Of a stretch of DNA of 64,000 nucleotides, positions 42,227 through 52,492 are shown in pieces; position 1 is the first letter of the stretch, and every line of letters starts with the position of its first letter. The notes under the pieces are model-generated. The model was given only the letters and a program-made list of their open reading frames with translations, did not search any database and was not told where the DNA came from. Origin of the DNA: an uncultured Chloroflexia bacterium (GTDB lineage: Bacteria; Chloroflexota; Limnocylindria; Limnocylindrales; CSP1-4); contig CAVUQZ010000010.1 of assembly GCA_963743795.1 (NCBI GenBank), forward strand, positions 308,285-372,284, written 5' to 3'. A program made the position numbers and the translations under genes.

Positions 42227-43120
42227 TCAGCAGGGATCGGGTTCGCCCGGCAAGAGCACGCGAACCTGGAGCGACTTGGCCACGGCCTGGCTGTCGACGA
42301 AGCGGGTCAGCTGGTTGCCCGCCTCGACGGCCGGCAGGAGCCTTGCCAGATCGGCATCCGAGACGACCGCGCAACGGTAGTCCGACGAGCCCATCGGGGA
42401 ACCGAACGAGACGAACGGCGATGCCAGCGGCCACGGCTTCTCGCCGCCGGCGATGCCGCCCTGGGTCTCTGCCGGAGGGCCGGCGAGCACCGCCAGCCGC
42501 GAGGGCACGTAGGCAATGCTCGGCCCGAGCTCGGGACCGAGCCAGGCGGAGATGTTCGTCGCCTTGTTCCAGAACGAGCTGAAGGCCGCCGAGCTTCCCG
42601 GGGCGCCGGGCGTCTGGGCGGCGTCGGAGGCGCACTGGCCCGTCAGGTCGTGCGTGACCGAAGAGACGACCAGCTCCAGGTGGCAGGTGACCGAGCCGGG
42701 CATCGCCTGCTCCGCGAAGTCGGTCTTCGAACCGAGGAGGCCGTCGGATTGCGCCTCGGCGATGATCGCTTCGATCCCGCCTGAACTGATGGTCTGGGAC
42801 GACAGGCCCACGTACAGCGGACCCGGGTAGATCATCGGGATGGCCACCCTGCCGTCATAGAACCTGCCGTCCGAGATCGTGGTGGCCGGCAGCCACCCGA
42901 AGATGTGCTGCGGCGCCACGGCCTGGCTCTGCCACGCCCGGAGATAGAAGCCACCCGCCGGTGAGACGGGTCCGGAAGACCCGCTTGCGCCCGGCGAGAC
43001 CGAGGTGCCCGGCGGGTTGGTGCCGCCGGCGGCAGTGCAGGCTGCGACCAACAACGGTAGAACGAGTGAGGCCGCGAGGCGGGCGACCCGGAAGGACGGA
43101 CGGTCGGCTCTGGTGGTCAT
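42227..43120 (-). CDS. Secreted lipoprotein of unknown function
   Basis: MTTRADRPSFRVARLAASLVLPLLVAACTAAGG signal plus lipobox; 297 aa; no family recognized. Confidence 0.5.
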   Translation of the reverse strand: MTTRADRPSFRVARLAASLVLPLLVAACTAAGGTNPPGTSVSPGASGSSGPVSPAGGFYLRAWQSQAVAPQHIFGWLPATTISDGRFYDGRVAIPMIYPGPLYVGLSSQTISSGGIEAIIAEAQSDGLLGSKTDFAEQAMPGSVTCHLELVVSSVTHDLTGQCASDAAQTPGAPGSSAAFSSFWNKATNISAWLGPELGPSIAYVPSRLAVLAGPPAETQGGIAGGEKPWPLASPFVSFGSPMGSSDYRCAVVSDADLARLLPAVEAGNQLTRFVDSQAVAKSLQVRVLLPGEPDPC

Positions 43121-43261
43121 CGGGCACCCATCGGATTGGCAGGATGGACACATGGTAGACGCTGCTCCGCGGCCGGCAGTTCCGGGAAACGGGCGGCCGG
43201 CGCACATCGGGCCGGCGAGAGGAGGAACCCGTGAACGCACCCGGTCGCCGGCCGGCGCGGC

Positions 43262-44467
43262 CTATTCTCCGATGACGGCCTTCACGGCCCGGACCACGTA
43301 GGAAAGGTTTGCGGCCGTGATGCCCGCGACGTTGATGCGGCCACGACCCACGACGTACACGCCGAACTCGTCGCGCAGCCGCGCGACCTGATCGGCGGAC
43401 AAGCCGAGCAGGGCGAACATGCCCCGCTGATGGCGGATCGGGTCCCACGCGCCGGGGACGTCCGCAGCCATCAACGCCTCCACGAGCGCGGCTCGGTTGC
43501 CCAGGATGCGATCGCGCATGACCGCCAGGTCCAGCTCCCAGCGCGCCCGCAGAGCCGGGTCGGTGAGGATCGTCTCCACGATGTCTCCACCGTGGGCCGG
43601 TGGGTTCGAGTAGTTGGCGCGGATGGCGATCTTGATGTGGCTCAAGGCGCTGGCCGCCCGGCTGGCGTCCGCCGCCACGACCGTCAGGGCCCCCACGCGC
43701 TCGTTGTACAGGGCGAAGTTCTTCGAGTAGCTCGTGCAGACCAGGAATTCGAGCCCAGGCCGAGCGATGCCGCCCAGCCAGTCGGCGTCCTCGCGCAGCC
43801 CGAACCCGAAGCCCTGGTAAGCGAAGTCGACGATCGGCAGCAGCTCGCGCTCGACAATGGCCTCGCCGATAGCCGACCAGGTCTCCGGATCAGGATCCAC
43901 GCCGCTGGGGTTGTGGCACGAGCCATGCAGCACAACCACGTCGCCGGGCCGCGCCGCTCGAAGGGCTCCGAGCATTCTGCCCACGTCCAGAGCGCGACCG
44001 GACTCGTCCAGGTACGGGTACGTCCTCGGAGTGAACCCGGCCAGGGTGAACAGCTGAGGGTGGTTGGGCCACGTGGGCTCACTCAGCCAGATCGTGCTGG
44101 AGGATCCCGTCTGCAGCAGGAAGTCGGCGGCGACGCGCAACGCGCCCGTCCCGCCGGGAGTCTGGACCGTGGCCGAGCGTCCGCTCGCCACGATCTCGTG
44201 GTCCGGCCCGAAAACCAGATCGCGGATGGCGTTCCTGAAGGCCGGGCGGCCGTCGATCGGCAGGTAGCCCTTCGGGCCCGCTTTCTCGACCAGCCTGCGC
44301 TCGGCCTCGAGCACCGACGGGATGACCGGCGTCACGCCCGTCTCGTCCACATAGACGCCCACCGCCAGGTTCACCTTCTCGGCGCGCGTGTCGGCGCGGA
44401 ACGCTTCGCTAAGGCCGAGGATCGGGTCCGGGGGAGCGAGTGTGAGCGAGCGAGATGGAAGGGCCAT
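43262..44467 (-). CDS. Aspartate/aromatic amino acid aminotransferase (class I, AspC/TyrB family)
   Basis: VNLAVGVY, PLP-lysine motif SYSKNFALYNERVG, NYSNPPAHG, 401 aa intact. Confidence 0.85.
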   Translation of the reverse strand: MALPSRSLTLAPPDPILGLSEAFRADTRAEKVNLAVGVYVDETGVTPVIPSVLEAERRLVEKAGPKGYLPIDGRPAFRNAIRDLVFGPDHEIVASGRSATVQTPGGTGALRVAADFLLQTGSSSTIWLSEPTWPNHPQLFTLAGFTPRTYPYLDESGRALDVGRMLGALRAARPGDVVVLHGSCHNPSGVDPDPETWSAIGEAIVERELLPIVDFAYQGFGFGLREDADWLGGIARPGLEFLVCTSYSKNFALYNERVGALTVVAADASRAASALSHIKIAIRANYSNPPAHGGDIVETILTDPALRARWELDLAVMRDRILGNRAALVEALMAADVPGAWDPIRHQRGMFALLGLSADQVARLRDEFGVYVVGRGRINVAGITAANLSYVVRAVKAVIGE

Positions 44468-44778
44468 TCAACGTTCCTTGGCAGCCGGGCTGGAGACTCA
44501 CCAACGATAAGGGATACGCCGCTGGGGCGGTGAGTGGGGATCGGCGCCGGGCTCGCCTGGCTGACCGCCGGAAATCGCCACGAGGCGATGCGGGTCTGTG
44601 GAAGAAGAGGCAAAGGCTAGCGGGCCGAAACGTCCCTCCTGACGTCCCGTCACGACGTTTTCAGGATTCCGCAAGAGATTGCTGCGAAGAATGCCGTTAC
44701 GGGACGCGGCTTGCTCCCTCCTCCACCGCCGCGTCCCCATACGTCCGGTGAGCAGGGGGATCGATGGAGGCACCCAAG

Positions 44779-45779
44779 TGACCAATTCACATCCAATCTG
44801 GCGGCGTTTGGTACCCGCCGCGGCGCTCATCGTCGCTGGCGTCGCGTCAGTCGTATTCGCAGTCGCCGTCGCCTCGGGCGGCTCCAACTCGGCGCTCGCC
44901 GCGACCTCGACGTCGATCCCCGGCCACCCCGACCTGGGCTCCGGCTGGCAGGCACCGCACGGCGGGCCATTCGGCTCGGTCGGGCAGGTTGCCATCACCA
45001 TAACGGCCATCAATGGCAGCAAGCTCTCGCTCCAGACCACGGACGGCTGGACCAGGACGATCGACTCCGCCGGCGCCACGATCACCAAAGCCGGCCAGAA
45101 CATCGGCCTAGCCGACCTCAAAGTCGGCGACTCGATCACTTTCCGCGAGTCGCGCCAGTCGGACGGCTCGTACAAGATCACGACCATCGCCGTCGTCGTG
45201 CCCACGGCTAGTGGAACGGTTACCGCGGTAACGACATCTACGGTGACGATCACCCAGCCTGGCGGCACCAGCAGAACGCTCAACACCACCGGATCCACTA
45301 CCTACACCAAGGGTGGCGCCGCCGCCGCCAGGAGCGACCTGGTCGTCGGCAGCCGCATCTCCGCCCAGGGGACCCTCGACTCGAGCGGTACGTTCACGGC
45401 CACGGCCATCGAGATCGCGCCCTCCGCAGTGCAGGGGATCGTAGCCAGCAAGACGGCGAGCACGATCGTCGTGACCACGTCTGCCGGCAAGGCCGTGACC
45501 GTGAACGTCACGGCATCCACCACGTACTCGGTCCGCGGGCAGACAAGCGCCACGCTCGCCAACGTGGCGGTCGGTGACCGCATCGCGGCCCAGGGAACCC
45601 TCAACAGCGACGGTTCGCTGACGGCCACGGCCGTGCAGGCGGCCCCGAACGACCAGCCCGGCTTCGGCGGTGGCTTCGGCGGTGGCTTCGGCGGCCATGG
45701 CTTTGGCGGCCATGGCTTTGGCGGCGGGGTCCCGCGCCCCGCCCCATCTGCAGGCGCATCCGCCGGCACCGGCATCTGA
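44779..45779 (+). CDS. Secreted protein with 3-4 tandem ~70-aa beta-rich repeats (DUF5666-like) and Gly-rich (GFGG/GHGF) C-terminal tail
   Basis: GTG start after GGAGG. Signal/TM (LVPAAALIVAGVASVVFAVAVA). Repeats ending in ...GDSITFRES..., ...GSRISAQGTLDSSGTFTATAIEI, ...GDRIAAQGTLNSDGSLTATAVQ. Tail GFGGGFGGGFGGHGFGGHGFGG. Confidence 0.6.
45658..45730 (+). repeat. Short tandem coding repeat (GGCTTCGGCGGT / GGCCATGGCTTTGGC units) encoding a GFGG/GHGF Gly-rich tail
   Basis: Direct reading of nt 45658..45730; lies inside the CDS above. Confidence 0.6.
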
Positions 45780-45883
45780 TCCGGTTCCTCCCAGAGAACC
45801 GGCCCGCAACAACCGAAATCTCCCCCGCTCCCAGACGCCCTCCCGACTCCCTCCGGGAGGGCGTCGGCTACTCGCCTTGGCGG

Positions 45884-47050
45884 ATGCGGTGGCCGACGGG
45901 GAGATTCGACTTTAGGCCGATCCTGCCGACTCCCTTGTCAGGCTCGGGCACCGAGAAGACTGGATGGATTGCCTGGAGGATGAGCTTGGTCATAGGGTCG
46001 CCCCTGCTCACCCGGTCGCGCGCACGCGCGCGCAAGGAAGCCGGCCCGATCGCGGGCGGCTCCTCGGCAACGGCGTCGAGCGCGACCAATCGCCCGGTGC
46101 GGGTCCTTCCCCGCCGCTCGAAGGCGCCCAGGCGAGGGCCTGTGGACTCCGATGCAACTCAGGAGGTCGCCCCACGCAGCCACTCGGTCCCGACTAGTTC
46201 GGTGGCGGTGGTGATCACCGAGCCAACGGCCATGGTCCTGGACGACCCGTTCTTCTCCTCGCTCCTCGCCGGCATCTACGCCACGCTGGCGGAGCGATCC
46301 CTTCTGTTGGTGCTGCTCACGCCACTGACGTCCCGCGACATGGAGCTGGCGCAGGCATATCTGACCGGCAACCACGTCGACGGGGCGATTCTGGCCAGCC
46401 TGCATCGCGACAACCGGCTGCCGAACCGGCTGCGCGAAGCGCGTGTCCCGATCGTTGTCTGCGGCACGCCGGCCAGGGGGATCGTCGCCAGCTACGTCGA
46501 CGCCAACAACCGCCAGGGGGCGGCGTTGGCAGTCGACCACCTCATCTCCCTGGGTCGCCGGAAGATCGCTACGATCTCGGGCAACCTGGACACGGCCACC
46601 GCCGTCGACCGACAGAGCGGCTATCGAGACGCGCTGGCTGCCGCCGGACTCCCGCTGGACCCCACGCTCGAGGAAGTCGGCGACTTCCTCCCCAACCGGG
46701 CCCACACGGCCATGGAGCGATTGCTCTTGAATCACCCCGATGTGGACGCGGTTTTCGCCGCCTCGGACCTGATGGCCGCCGCCGCGCTGCACGTTCTGCA
46801 GCAAGCTCGCAGACGCATCCCCGAAGACGTGGCGATCGTCGGCTTCGACGACTCTCCCACTGCCCGCGCGACCAACCCACCGCTGAGCAGCGTCCGCCAG
46901 GGCATCGTGGAACTCGGCCGGGAGGCCGTCCTCATGCTGATGGACGAGATGCAGGAGCCCGAGAGAGCGCCCCGTCACCTCATCCTGGGCACCGAGCTCG
47001 TCGTCCGCCAATCGTCGGCCGACGTGGAGGCGGCGGGCCCGGCAGACTAG
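45884..47050 (+). CDS. LacI-family transcriptional regulator (sugar-binding core domain clear; N-terminal HTH not recoverable in any single frame)
   Basis: Core ...SSVAVVITEPTAMVLDDPFFSSLLAGI...VDGAIL...IATISGNLDTATAVDRQSGYRDAL...VDAVFAASDLMAAAAL...PEDVAIVGFDD. The HTH region 45900..46200 does not show a TVSRVLN-type motif in any frame. Confidence 0.6.
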   Translation: MRWPTGRFDFRPILPTPLSGSGTEKTGWIAWRMSLVIGSPLLTRSRARARKEAGPIAGGSSATASSATNRPVRVLPRRSKAPRRGPVDSDATQEVAPRSHSVPTSSVAVVITEPTAMVLDDPFFSSLLAGIYATLAERSLLLVLLTPLTSRDMELAQAYLTGNHVDGAILASLHRDNRLPNRLREARVPIVVCGTPARGIVASYVDANNRQGAALAVDHLISLGRRKIATISGNLDTATAVDRQSGYRDALAAAGLPLDPTLEEVGDFLPNRAHTAMERLLLNHPDVDAVFAASDLMAAAALHVLQQARRRIPEDVAIVGFDDSPTARATNPPLSSVRQGIVELGREAVLMLMDEMQEPERAPRHLILGTELVVRQSSADVEAAGPAD

Positions 47051-47185
47051 CCGGCGGTCCCTCACTGTTGCGCCGTTCTGGTCGAACGCCGGCAGCTTCA
47101 CGATCTCGCTCACCACCTGAGCCTGCAAGCTCGACTTGACATCCTCGGAATCGGGCAGAGACACGGCCATCCCAGTGATGGCAGG

Positions 47186-48889
47186 ATGAGCACAGACGTG
47201 GCGGAGAGGATCCAGATGGCCGACTTCGAAGAGACCGTCGATGAGTTCCTGGCCGAGGAGTTCGACGAATCCCCTGTCGCTGCCAGCGGCCTGGGCCTGA
47301 CCGAATATGACGACCGCCTCGACGAGCTCTCGGCCGAGGCATTCGATCGGAGGCGCTCCAGGGCGGCGGCCTGGCGATCGAGGTTCGACGCCATCCCGGA
47401 CGCCAACCTGACCGCGGAAGAGCGCATCGATCGCGACCTGGCCGTGGCGATGATGGCCGGGCGCGAAGTCATGGCCGACTGGCTGGCCTGGCGCCGTGAC
47501 CCGGTCGCCTACAGCGGGCCCATCACCGGCGGCCTGTTCGGCCTCTTCCTGCACAGACTGCGGCCCGAGAAGGAGCTTGTGGAAGCGGCCCTCGCCCGTC
47601 TCGCCCAGGCTCCCAGGGCATTGGAGCAGGGCCGGGCGAACCTGGACCTGAGGCTCGCCCATCCGCTCATCCTCGAGCGCGGCCGGGACGCCGCCCGTGG
47701 CGCCGCCAGGTACGTGCGCGAGCTGCTCCCCAGAGAGGCGGGCACCCAGCGCGATCGCGAGAAGCTCGCCGACGCCGGCCTGAACGCTGCCCGCGCCCTG
47801 GAGTCGTGGGCCGGGTTCCTGGACGAGATGGCCGGCCGGGCCACCGGAACGTGGCAGCTCGGCGAGGAGCGCTATACACGGCTGCTCCGCGAGCGCGAGG
47901 CGCTGCCATACGACGCTCGGTCGCTGCGAGAACGCGGCCGCTCGGAGTACGACCGCCTCTCCGCCGAGATGGCGGGACTGGCCCGTGGAGCCTGGGGCAC
48001 CGACGATTGGAACTCGATCCTGGACCGCACGGCGGGCGACCACCCGCGGAGCGAAGAGGAGATGCGCCAGTCGTACGAGGCCTGGACGGCAAGAGCGCGG
48101 TCGTTCCTGGCCGAGACCGGGTTGGTGACGCTGCCTGCTGGAGAGTCGTGCGAAGTCCTGCCCTCGCCGCCGTTCCAGCGGCCCTTGATCGGTGTGGCTT
48201 CCTACCAGCAGCCGCCGGCCTTCGCGCCGTCCCTCCTCGGTCACTTCTTCGTGCCCTTCGCACCCGACGGCGCGTCGGCCGCGGAGATACAGAAGCGCCT
48301 GGCAGCCAATTCCTTCGGCCACATTCCGACGACCACCGTCCACGAGGCGTACCCGGGCCACCACTGGCATCTGGTCATGCGCAAGTCGCGGGCACGGCGC
48401 CTGCGCCGGGTCCTGGGCACTCCCTACTTCAACGAGGGCTGGGGCCTCTACTCGGAGCGGCTGATGCGCGAGCGAGGCTTCTTCACCGAGCCAATCCAGG
48501 AGCTGAACCATCTGAAGGCCACTCTCTTCCGCGCGGCTCGGATCATCGTCGACACGAGCCTGCACCTGGGCGAGATGACCCACGACGACGCCGTCCGGTT
48601 CATGGTCGAGAAGACCGCCACCCCCGAGCCGACCGCCCGAGCGGAGGTAGGACGCTACTGCTGGTGGCCAACGCAGGCTTCGTCCTACCTCACCGGCTGC
48701 CTGGAGATTCTCCGCATCCGCGATCGGTTCCTCGAATCGCGCGGCCTGAGCGCGGGGTCGGCGGCCGCGGCGCCGGTGGGGGTGCTGCGCGACTTCCACG
48801 ATCGGATGGCCGGGAGCGGCTCGCTGCCCCTCGGATTGGCCGAGATCGCGCTGCTCGGGGGTGGGACGACGAAGCCCGCAATGGGCTGA
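47186..48889 (+). CDS. DUF885 family protein (putative metallopeptidase-like, HExxH-containing)
   Basis: 567 aa intact; HEAYPGHHWH motif and ...YFNEGWGLYSERLM... typical of DUF885. Confidence 0.75.
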   Translation: MSTDVAERIQMADFEETVDEFLAEEFDESPVAASGLGLTEYDDRLDELSAEAFDRRRSRAAAWRSRFDAIPDANLTAEERIDRDLAVAMMAGREVMADWLAWRRDPVAYSGPITGGLFGLFLHRLRPEKELVEAALARLAQAPRALEQGRANLDLRLAHPLILERGRDAARGAARYVRELLPREAGTQRDREKLADAGLNAARALESWAGFLDEMAGRATGTWQLGEERYTRLLREREALPYDARSLRERGRSEYDRLSAEMAGLARGAWGTDDWNSILDRTAGDHPRSEEEMRQSYEAWTARARSFLAETGLVTLPAGESCEVLPSPPFQRPLIGVASYQQPPAFAPSLLGHFFVPFAPDGASAAEIQKRLAANSFGHIPTTTVHEAYPGHHWHLVMRKSRARRLRRVLGTPYFNEGWGLYSERLMRERGFFTEPIQELNHLKATLFRAARIIVDTSLHLGEMTHDDAVRFMVEKTATPEPTARAEVGRYCWWPTQASSYLTGCLEILRIRDRFLESRGLSAGSAAAAPVGVLRDFHDRMAGSGSLPLGLAEIALLGGGTTKPAMG

Positions 48890-48993
48890 TAGGCTTCAGT
48901 CCCACACGCAGGTACGGGCCGAGGGAGAGGGCAGGACAGGTGCAGTTCTGTGGCTGAGGGAGGCTGGCGCCGGGCCTGGCGTCGCTGGCGCCC

Positions 48994-50283
48994 ATGACCG
49001 GGATCCGCGCCCGCTCACTCGAGTTCGCGCTGCTCGCGCTCGTCGCTCTGGGAGTCCCCCTGACCTTGTGGCTGCTGGAGACACTGGTCCGAGGGCCGCA
49101 CAGCTTCAACGACTTCCACGACTACTGGCTGGCCGGAAAGCTCATCACGCAGGGCCATAGCCCGTACGACCTCGCCGCCCTGAAGGAGCTCGCCAAATCC
49201 GAGCACCTGACATTCCTCGTCGGTGGTGGCTACCAGTACCCCCTGCCGTTTGCGGTGGCGATGATTCCGTTCACGTTGCTGCCCTTCACGGCAGCCGCTC
49301 TCCTGTTCAACGGCATGTCGCTCGTGCTGTTCGGTCTGACGGTGGCGGCCTGGATCGGCTGGGCGCACGGTTGGGCGCCCGAGCTCAGGCGGCGGCGGAT
49401 CCTCCTCGCCCTCGCCGCCGGCTTCTATCCACCCGTCTACGGGACGATCGCCAACGGTCAGGCCAACCTGGTTCTCTTCCCGCTGCTGGGGCTAGGGGTG
49501 GCCCTGGCTATGGACGGCAGGACCTGGAGGCGCCGGGGGACCGGCGGGGTGCTGCTGGGGCTGGCGGCGATCGTCAAGCTGGTTCCGGGCGTGCTCGTCG
49601 TCCCCTTGGCGATCGGCCGCCGACTCGATGCCGCAGTCGCGATCGTCGCCGGCGCCCTGGGGGCCATGGTCGCGGCCGTGTTGATCGCTCCCCAGGGCGG
49701 TATCGGGGGAGCCGGGCTGGCATCGCTGCTGGATTCGGACTCGTACTACACGAACCAGTCGTTCAACGGCTTCGTCACCCGGATCGTCAGGGATTCCGAT
49801 CGAACGGTCGCCCTGTGGCGGCAGGGCTTCGATCCTCGCCTGCCGACGCTGCTTCTGACGGCCGCGCTGGGACTGGCGACGCTGGCGATTCTCTGGTCGG
49901 AGCGCGATGCGCTCGCCACGAGACGGGGCCTGGCTCTTGGGCTGGGGCTTGCCCTTGTCGCCGGCATCGCCGGGGCGCCCAAGAACAGCTTCTGGAACCA
50001 GGCGGCCGCGCTGTTCGCGGTCGGCCTGCTCTTCAGGGTCGACCTTCCGGATCTGGATCTCTCGCGGCTGAGACGGATCGACCTGATCCTTCTCGGATGC
50101 TGGCTCGTTGGCTCGGCGATCTTCGTCGTTTACTGGTCGGCGCCGCCGCCGAAGACGATCCCGCTGGCGCCGCTGGTGTCGATCCTCGAATCCTCGACGT
50201 TGTACGGGCTTCTGGCCCTGTGGCTGCTGCTGGCGCGGCGCCTCTCTGTGGCCGGCCCGGCTCCGACTGGCACGGCCACGTAG
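48994..50283 (+). CDS. DUF2029 / GT87-family integral membrane glycosyltransferase-like protein
   Basis: 429 aa, ~10 TM helices, conserved FNDFHDYWLAG N-terminal motif of DUF2029 mannosyltransferase-like proteins. Confidence 0.7.
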   Translation: MTGIRARSLEFALLALVALGVPLTLWLLETLVRGPHSFNDFHDYWLAGKLITQGHSPYDLAALKELAKSEHLTFLVGGGYQYPLPFAVAMIPFTLLPFTAAALLFNGMSLVLFGLTVAAWIGWAHGWAPELRRRRILLALAAGFYPPVYGTIANGQANLVLFPLLGLGVALAMDGRTWRRRGTGGVLLGLAAIVKLVPGVLVVPLAIGRRLDAAVAIVAGALGAMVAAVLIAPQGGIGGAGLASLLDSDSYYTNQSFNGFVTRIVRDSDRTVALWRQGFDPRLPTLLLTAALGLATLAILWSERDALATRRGLALGLGLALVAGIAGAPKNSFWNQAAALFAVGLLFRVDLPDLDLSRLRRIDLILLGCWLVGSAIFVVYWSAPPPKTIPLAPLVSILESSTLYGLLALWLLLARRLSVAGPAPTGTAT

Positions 50284-50307
50284 CAGGCAGGCGACTCGCT
50301 CCGGACC

Positions 50308-51081
50308 CTACCGATCGATTGAGGCGACTATCTCGTAGCCGAGCCGCGCCCGTAGCCGGCCGAGAGCCATCAGCACAGGAGCTCCCAGGGCCAGAACGGC
50401 CAGGGCGTCTCCCGCAGCGCGGAAGGCATCCCAGGCGAGCGAGGTGAGGGCGTAGTAGCGGCCGAACCGGGCCAGCGTATCGGCCGCCGAGAGCCCCGGC
50501 GCCCAGCCGATGTTGTCGACACCGCGATAGAACGCTACCCAGCCCCAGATGTCCGTCAGCGCGCCGTACGCGAAGCCGGTGACGATCGCGACTCCGACGA
50601 GTACTGCCATGTCGAGCCTGCCCGGCGACCAGACCCGCCGGCCGGGGCGCAGCCGCCGCACGGCCGAGCCGGCAAGGCCGGCAGAGGCGCCCACCCAGCC
50701 GAGCGCGAACGTTTCGTAGGGCAGCCACGGACCGAGGCCCCCGGTCACCAGCGCCGAGACCAGGAGCGAGAAGGCGCCGACGAGGAAGCCGTAGGAGGCC
50801 CCGAACTCGTAGCCCGCGGCCAGGACCAGGAAGAAGATTGGGCTGAAGCCGCCGATGCCGTTCACGACTGCCAGCCGAAGGGCGGCGTCGATCGCGGCCA
50901 GGGCCGCCAGGAGCGCAAGCTTCCCGGAGTCAAGGCGGCGAGCTCCGGCTTCCATCAGGCCGATCGACGCCACGATCCCGAGGGTTATGGCCAGGGCGGG
51001 GACCTCCGGCGGAAGCCCGAGCCCGAGGAACGGCCAGATGAACAGGAGAAGGCCGCCCAATGAGAGGGCTGCGATGCTCAT
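50308..51081 (-). CDS. ECF transporter substrate-specific (S) component, last gene of the cobalamin-riboswitch operon (putative CbrT-like B12 S-component)
   Basis: 257 aa, 6 hydrophobic helices, 4-nt overlap with the upstream EcfA gene. Assignment to cobalamin rests on operon context. Confidence 0.6.
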   Translation of the reverse strand: MSIAALSLGGLLLFIWPFLGLGLPPEVPALAITLGIVASIGLMEAGARRLDSGKLALLAALAAIDAALRLAVVNGIGGFSPIFFLVLAAGYEFGASYGFLVGAFSLLVSALVTGGLGPWLPYETFALGWVGASAGLAGSAVRRLRPGRRVWSPGRLDMAVLVGVAIVTGFAYGALTDIWGWVAFYRGVDNIGWAPGLSAADTLARFGRYYALTSLAWDAFRAAGDALAVLALGAPVLMALGRLRARLGYEIVASIDR

Positions 51082-52492
51082 CGGGCCGGCTCCGCGGCCG
51101 TCTCGGAAACCCGTCCGTCACGGACCTCGACCACTCGATCCGCCAGCTCCGCGGCGAGGTCCGTGTCGTGAGTGGCCAGGACCACTGCCGAGCCTCGCTC
51201 CGTGATCTTCCGAACGGCGGCGGCCAGAGAGCGGCGAGCGGCCGCGTCCATGCCCCGAGTCGGCTCGTCGAGCAGCGCCAGCGACGGCGCCCCGGCCAGG
51301 ATCGCCGCGAGAGCGGCTCGCTGGCGCTCTCCGGAGCTGAGGTCGCGAGGATAGCGGCCGGCGAGGCGGGCAAGGCCAAATGTCGAGAGCATCGCTTCCG
51401 GGGTTTCGGGGCTTCCGGTTCGACGCAGGGTCAGGGCCACCTCGGCACGGACGGTCGGAAGATGGAGCAGCGCCCCGGGGTTCTGGGGCAGGTACGCCGT
51501 CCTGCCGGGCGGGCGCCGGACCGTGCCCGAAAGAGGCGGGAGAAGCCCTGCCAGAGTGCGGAGCAGCGTCGTCTTGCCGGAGCCGTTCGGGCCGAGCAAT
51601 GCCACGACCTCGCCCGCGCCCCCAACCAGAGAGACGTCGCCCACGACCGCGTCGTGCCCAGGTCCCGCGGCGACGCCGTCCATCTCCCAGGCGGGCCCAC
51701 CGGTGGAAACCGACGGCCGCTTCGGCGGCATCGGCGCACGTCGTAGCTCGGCGGCTTCGGCGGCCGCGCGCCACTCCGTGATCGACGGCGATCACCCGAG
51801 AGGCCGAAGGGGAGAAGGTCTCGTGCCGGTGCTCCGCCACCACGACGGCCTGACCGGCCGCCGCCAGATCGAGGCACATCGCCACTACAGCGGCCGCTCC
51901 CTCCGGGTCGAGCTGCGACGTGGGTTCATCGAGAGCCAGGAGATGCGGCTTCAGGACCAGCACCGCGGCGAGCTGGACGCGCTGGCGTTCTCCGCCGGAG
52001 AGCGTCTCGAGCCGCCGACCCCGCAGGCTTTCGATGCCGAGGCGGGCCAGCACCTCCTCCACGCGGTCGTGCATCCGCAGCCGCGGCAGCCCTACGTTCT
52101 CGAGCCCGAAGGCGATCTCTCGCTCCACCGAGCCGTAGACCGATTGCGTCTCGACGTCCTGGAAGACAAGCCCGGCGTTTCGAGCGAGCCGTGGGATGGG
52201 CGTCCGGAAGGGATCGAGGCCAACGACCAGGGCACGGCCGGAGATCCGGCCGCCGTGGAATTGCGGGACCAGGCCGTTGAATAGCCGCAGCAGCGTGGAC
52301 TTGCCGCCACCGGACTCGCCGGTCACGAGAGTCAGCCCGGGCTCGATCGTCAGGTCGACCTCTCGAAGCGCCGGCTCGTCCTGGTTCGGATACCAGTAGC
52401 TGATGCCGTCGAACCGCGCTGTGGGCGCAAGGCCGAGGTGGCGGCTCTCGGGCGCTCGCGAACCCTGGGCAGCCCGGATCGTTGCGGCCGTC
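51078..52492 (-). CDS. ECF transporter ATPase with duplicated ABC domains (EcfA-A', YkoD-like; fused or two adjacent genes); frame disruption near nt 51740
   Basis: First domain: GESGGGKSTLL, LSGGERQRV, LLALDEPTSQLD. Second domain in another frame: GPNGSGKTTLL, LSSGERQRA, LALLDEPTRGMD. ATGA overlap with the EcfT stop at 52491. Confidence 0.75.

Noticed and set aside
45938-48799. 953-aa minus-strand ORF
   Set aside because: It is antisense to the LacI-family, DUF885 and neighbouring genes. It has low-complexity Arg/Gly/Ala-rich translation and no family motifs. Long stop-free antisense frames are expected at ~70% GC.
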